A DNA stretch of 39,295 nt from positions 1 to 39,295 of the IMG/VR virus record IMGVR_UViG_3300048891_000021. One strand, given 5' to 3'. The DNA is from a virus. Taxonomy: Duplodnaviria > Caudoviricetes. Shown here in pieces: positions 35,605-39,295 of the stretch. A program made the translations under genes and the position numbers. Within the stretch, counting starts at the first letter, position 1; every line of letters starts with the position of its first letter. Below the pieces are notes generated by a model. The model did no database searches, was not told the origin of the DNA, and saw nothing but the letters and a program-made list of their open reading frames with translations.

Positions 35605-36813
35605 TCACGACCTAAGGCTCTGTGCTCCAGGCGGAACAATCGTACGGTGTCGATAAGCCATGGAGTTCGTAGGGGTAAATTGCTTCGCCTTCTGACCGGT
35701 TGGTTTGAAATTACTTAACCCATAACGGATTGCATCCATCGCGTGATCGTATCCAGCTTCCGGCACGTTGATAATCTTTCCATCCTTGTCGGTTTGCCAC
35801 AGGTAGTTTCGGTACTCTTTCAGGATGTTGAGGCTACGCTTCGTTACCGAAATCTTCTGGTCCTGCACGAACTGGATTCCTTGGTTCACGCTTCCTTGCC
35901 CTTTCAGGGCCGGCAAAATATTCACACCAAAACTCCGAATCTCATCGATACTTTTCGGTTCTGCGCTGTCGGCAATAACAAGTGCGGATTTATTATTTCC
36001 GAAGATGTCTGCGATTTGCCGATTGCTTAGCCCTTTTTGGAAGGCGATCTCGTCCATGATGAACCCTTCGTTGTATCGGTGGATAGCAATGATGGCTGAA
36101 GGATCGTTTGTATAGCCAAAATCAAGCCCGTAGCGCTCAAGACGGGCTTCATGGGGTATTTCATCAATAACATCCCAATCGACGTATATACGCGCTTCTG
36201 TGACCCCTAGCTGACCTTCCCCGTAGACCCTCCACCAGCTCTTTTTGTCTCTGCGTTGTTCTATCGAAGCTACGATTTGCGGATCGAGTGCTTCGTTGTC
36301 CCGATAGGTCAAGATGATTAACTCCGCGTCGGAACGTTTTTGCACGTCCGTATAGAACCAAAACTCGTTCGTAGGATTCCAGTCCAGGAAAACAAAATCA
36401 CGGGTACGAACCTCAAGCTGATCGAAGGCTTCATACGGAACATTGTTCGCTTCATTGATAAACAGACGATCACGACGAGGGCCACGAACCTTGCTTGGCT
36501 GATCTGCCGAAAAGAACTCAATACGGCTACCAGTCTCGAACGTGTAAATACAGTCCGTCTTATTCCAAGATGCCGGCTTGAAGTAGTTATGCGTCTGCAT
36601 GATTGAGAGAAAATCTCGGATCACGCCACGCTTCAAATGCGGGAACGATTCGGAAACAATACTGGTTAGCGTCGGAATCTTATCCGACTGCGCCATGTTA
36701 ATCAGGCATAAAAGCACCGATACCGTCTTGCTCGCCGAGGTTCCCCCCTGCACTCCCCTGATTCGGCTCTTCATCGCCATGATCTTTCGAGTTGCTGTCG
36801 TTGCGCTGTACAT
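35605..36813 (-). CDS. terL: Terminase large subunit, PBSX family
   Basis: QGGTSASKT, RLFINEAN, DWNP, YGLDFGYTNDP, ADSAEPKSI, DHAMDAIRY. Confidence 0.95.
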   Translation of the reverse strand: MYSATTATRKIMAMKSRIRGVQGGTSASKTVSVLLCLINMAQSDKIPTLTSIVSESFPHLKRGVIRDFLSIMQTHNYFKPASWNKTDCIYTFETGSRIEFFSADQPSKVRGPRRDRLFINEANNVPYEAFDQLEVRTRDFVFLDWNPTNEFWFYTDVQKRSDAELIILTYRDNEALDPQIVASIEQRRDKKSWWRVYGEGQLGVTEARIYVDWDVIDEIPHEARLERYGLDFGYTNDPSAIIAIHRYNEGFIMDEIAFQKGLSNRQIADIFGNNKSALVIADSAEPKSIDEIRSFGVNILPALKGQGSVNQGIQFVQDQKISVTKRSLNILKEYRNYLWQTDKDGKIINVPEAGYDHAMDAIRYGLSNFKPTGQKAKQFTPTNSMAYRHRTIVPPGAQSLRS

Positions 36814-37183
36814 AGCCAAGGATCGGAGTAGGTAAGTCTTTGCCATTAGTCGTTACGTCAACCCTGTCGCCATAGCGACGCGGAAGGAATTTCGACGCAA
36901 ACCATTTACGAGCGTCAATTTCAACACGAGCTACTTGCCAGTCAACCTTCCCGTCACGCATATCCCGCACAACTTCTTCGAGTTTATTGGCTTGATCTCC
37001 TGCTAGAGCAGCTAAAGCCCGCGCGTATTCTACGCTTACCTCTTCGCGTAAAGCCGCCATTCGAAACGAACTATTCGGTATTCCAACCATTCGGCAGGCT
37101 TCAGCCTCGGTTTCGCCATCCTCGATATGTTCGATGACGGCCAGTACCTGTTCGCGGGTAATCTTCTTTCTTGGAAGAGCCAT
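36698..37183 (-). CDS. terS: Terminase small subunit (Sf6 gp1-like)
   Basis: N-terminal HTH, YARA, ARVEIDARKWFASKFLPRRYGD. Confidence 0.88.
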   Translation of the reverse strand: MALPRKKITREQVLAVIEHIEDGETEAEACRMVGIPNSSFRMAALREEVSVEYARALAALAGDQANKLEEVVRDMRDGKVDWQVARVEIDARKWFASKFLPRRYGDRVDVTTNGKDLPTPILGYVQRNDSNSKDHGDEEPNQGSAGGNLGEQDGIGAFMPD

Positions 37184-37191
37184 ATGGGGAG

Positions 37192-37200
37192 ATCATACCA
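37192..37200 (-). promoter_or_regulatory. Putative extended -10 late promoter, near-leaderless
   Basis: TGG-TATGAT 8 nt before the terS ATG. Confidence 0.5.
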
Positions 37201-37262
37201 CCTAAAGCTCCCCGACAAAATAATCCAGCGCCACCTTAGCTCCTTCGACCAACCCACCATTT

Positions 37263-37470
37263 GGGGTACGGACTCCTTCCTGTTTTTGGGTGGGGTACGT
37301 CCCTATAGAGATAGGGATTTGTACCCCTATCCCTATATTCTCTGTTAAAAAAATATGTACCTCATAGGTGTACCCGTATATATTTAGCTAGCATTGGCCT
37401 AAATATCGGTATAAGGGGTACGGACTTCGGAAGAGGTGCCTTTCTGTACCTCTGGTTGAATATGGGGTAC
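37263..37470. repeat. GGGGTAC/GTACC iteron-like cluster, candidate replication origin
   Basis: Eight GTAC-cored repeats in both orientations around an AT-rich stretch at the 3' end of the primase gene. Confidence 0.65.
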
Positions 37471-39294
37471 AGCGGTATTTTGCTTACCTCTGCGCCAAAC
37501 CCCGTTTTGGCCACCATCCAACCAGATCAGATTTTGGTCTTTAAGTCGTCTCAAAGCCACCTTGATCGTATTCTTTTCGATGTCGTCTAACGCCGTATCG
37601 ATTTCCGTCCTCGTCAGGTTTTGGGAACGGAGAAGACGAAGGATACGATCCCCTACTGGTAACTTGGATTCCCAAAAACCAAGATTGCCACTCTCGAAGC
37701 GCACACCATCTGGGCTATAAACCACCCTAAGAGGTATAGGCCGATGACGTTTTCCGTTATTGCACTTCCGGTGGAAAAGACCGAGTTGCTTAGCACTATC
37801 TCCTGCAATAGAGGCAAGCTCGTCTTGAGCAGTTTCTTCTTCTCCTTGGACATTCCATGTATTTCTAGCCAGGTTATGCCAAAAAATAGAACCGAAGGCA
37901 TAATCCTGATTTCCACCTTGGCCAGCAGTAGATTTGGCGATATGCGCAATCGAGAGGCTAGTCACGCCTAAAACATGTAAAGCATTGTAGTACTTCACCG
38001 CCGACTCGGCTCGCTCGGGTTCATTCCCACAGGCTGAAGCCACCGAATCGACCAAGGCAAAACCAATATCATGTTCACGGATGACCTTTTTAAGGGCTGG
38101 AATGACCGTATAAAGGGGCTTACCGCCAGGATTGAAGTATCGGACACGTTTCTTGGCCTGCTCGGCATCTAGGCCCATTTTTTGACAAAGCTGGCTTATA
38201 CGGAACGAAGCCGTTTGTTCCGTATCTTCATAATCGATAAAGAGTACGTTTGTTTGTTCCTGCGGCTTGTATCCCAAAAATTCGATACCGAATACCAAAG
38301 AAAGGGCCATGCGTAGCCCCATATACGTCTTACCGGTGCCACCATCTCCAAACAAAAGGTTGGCTGTACCCTTGTACAAAAACGGATAAAATAGCGTCTG
38401 TGTTTGAGCGTCTGGGATCGTGGATAGGTCGATGCTTGTATCGCGCTCGGCTAGATATTTAATGGCCGTCTCGCAGGCTGTGTTCATTAATAAGCGCCAC
38501 TCGATACCTTTTCCGAGGGCCTGAAGCTCACGAGCAAACGTCGAGCGTGTGGTGAGCGAGATGATATTCACGCGGGCCGTAAATGGCTTAGGTGCCGATC
38601 CTGGAATGTGAAACTCTACGGATAGGAGTGTGTCGATGTCATGGTTACTGCTTTGCTCGATTTCTCGGAATACAAAACGGGCTATCCCTTCGTTGGTAGG
38701 AATGCTGACAAGCAAGCCATTATCTTCTATCTCTTCGATATTGGAACGAAGGTCGTCATCCGAAAAATGAGCCACCCCTTCGGATGTCATCTTGCGCTTA
38801 TTTACTTCCGATTTGGTGATGGAATCGAAAATAGAGCGTAGTTCGGCGTTGGCAAGAGGTGGTTTAGAGTGGCTGTAATTCCAACCACGGAGCAATGGCC
38901 ATGCTTTTGATTCCCACTCTGTCGGAGAAAAGCGTGCAAGAAGCGTCCCCGTTACGGACGTAGCTGTTTGATTGCGAGAACCTTCGCCAACAATGGAGGT
39001 GATAGCGTCAGCGTGCGAATGCTTGGCGTTTAATTTCGCCTTGATAGATTCGGGAAACGGCTGTGGTTCAACGGCTCCAAGCGGGATAAGCCATTCATAC
39101 GATCCACCGCTTTGGTGAGAGGAGGGCGGGACGATAATATACCCTCCATCGCCACGAATATCGTAAAGATCAGCGAACCGCACCGAATTGCTCAATGGTT
39201 CGTATGCAAAAAAGAAATGTAGACCGCCTCCGCCGCTCTGCGAAGTAGGGGTTTCACTATCCTTCAAACCAAACAAATCCAGATCGGCTCCTTT
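37399..39294 (-). CDS. Primase-polymerase / PriCT / RecA-type (AAA_25) helicase fusion, 5'-partial
   Basis: SGGGGLHFFF, DIRGDGGYIIVPPS, EGSRN, PPL..EL, GDGGTGKT, IDYE, LVDS; frame is open to the window edge. Confidence 0.9.
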   Translation of the reverse strand, partial: KGADLDLFGLKDSETPTSQSGGGGLHFFFAYEPLSNSVRFADLYDIRGDGGYIIVPPSSHQSGGSYEWLIPLGAVEPQPFPESIKAKLNAKHSHADAITSIVGEGSRNQTATSVTGTLLARFSPTEWESKAWPLLRGWNYSHSKPPLANAELRSIFDSITKSEVNKRKMTSEGVAHFSDDDLRSNIEEIEDNGLLVSIPTNEGIARFVFREIEQSSNHDIDTLLSVEFHIPGSAPKPFTARVNIISLTTRSTFARELQALGKGIEWRLLMNTACETAIKYLAERDTSIDLSTIPDAQTQTLFYPFLYKGTANLLFGDGGTGKTYMGLRMALSLVFGIEFLGYKPQEQTNVLFIDYEDTEQTASFRISQLCQKMGLDAEQAKKRVRYFNPGGKPLYTVIPALKKVIREHDIGFALVDSVASACGNEPERAESAVKYYNALHVLGVTSLSIAHIAKSTAGQGGNQDYAFGSIFWHNLARNTWNVQGEEETAQDELASIAGDSAKQLGLFHRKCNNGKRHRPIPLRVVYSPDGVRFESGNLGFWESKLPVGDRILRLLRSQNLTRTEIDTALDDIEKNTIKVALRRLKDQNLIWLDGGQNGVWRRGKQNTAVPHIQPEVQKGTSSEVRTPYTDI

Positions 39295-39295
39295 T

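Noticed and set aside
35519-35608. 29-aa GTG ORF between terL and portal
   Set aside because: Supported only by a GTGA overlap; too short and featureless to call

Overview
This window is most of a tailed dsDNA phage genome with short-tailed, P22/Sf6-like morphogenesis genes, arranged as two convergent arms. The + arm (1-11.8 kb) holds early and accessory genes: a Pth2-type peptidyl-tRNA hydrolase, an AAA+ ATPase, HNH endonucleases, an ERF recombinase, GroES and GroEL, a C5 DNA methyltransferase with a nested alternative-frame partner ORF, and Lys-rich small proteins. The - arm (39.3 to 11.8 kb) holds a primase-helicase with adjacent GTAC repeats (likely origin), TerS, TerL, portal, scaffold, capsid, adaptor, nozzle and ejection proteins. 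It ends in a head-spike and fibre module in which Gly-Tyr/Phe/Pro-Thr collagen-like proteins flank a SAM methyltransferase and a GT2-TPR-GT2 glycosyltransferase, followed by a holin-like gene and a papain-like peptidase. The strongest unexplained signals are: (1) a ~455-nt, almost fully base-paired, ORF-free RNA between the groEL region and the methyltransferase; (2) a candidate virion glycosylation and methylation system acting on Thr-rich collagen-like spikes; (3) a two-frame nested methyltransferase. Genes mostly lack Shine-Dalgarno sites and nearly all have T at position -1, which tentatively suggests a Patescibacteria (CPR)-like host. All family assignments come from motif recognition by eye; no database searches were run.
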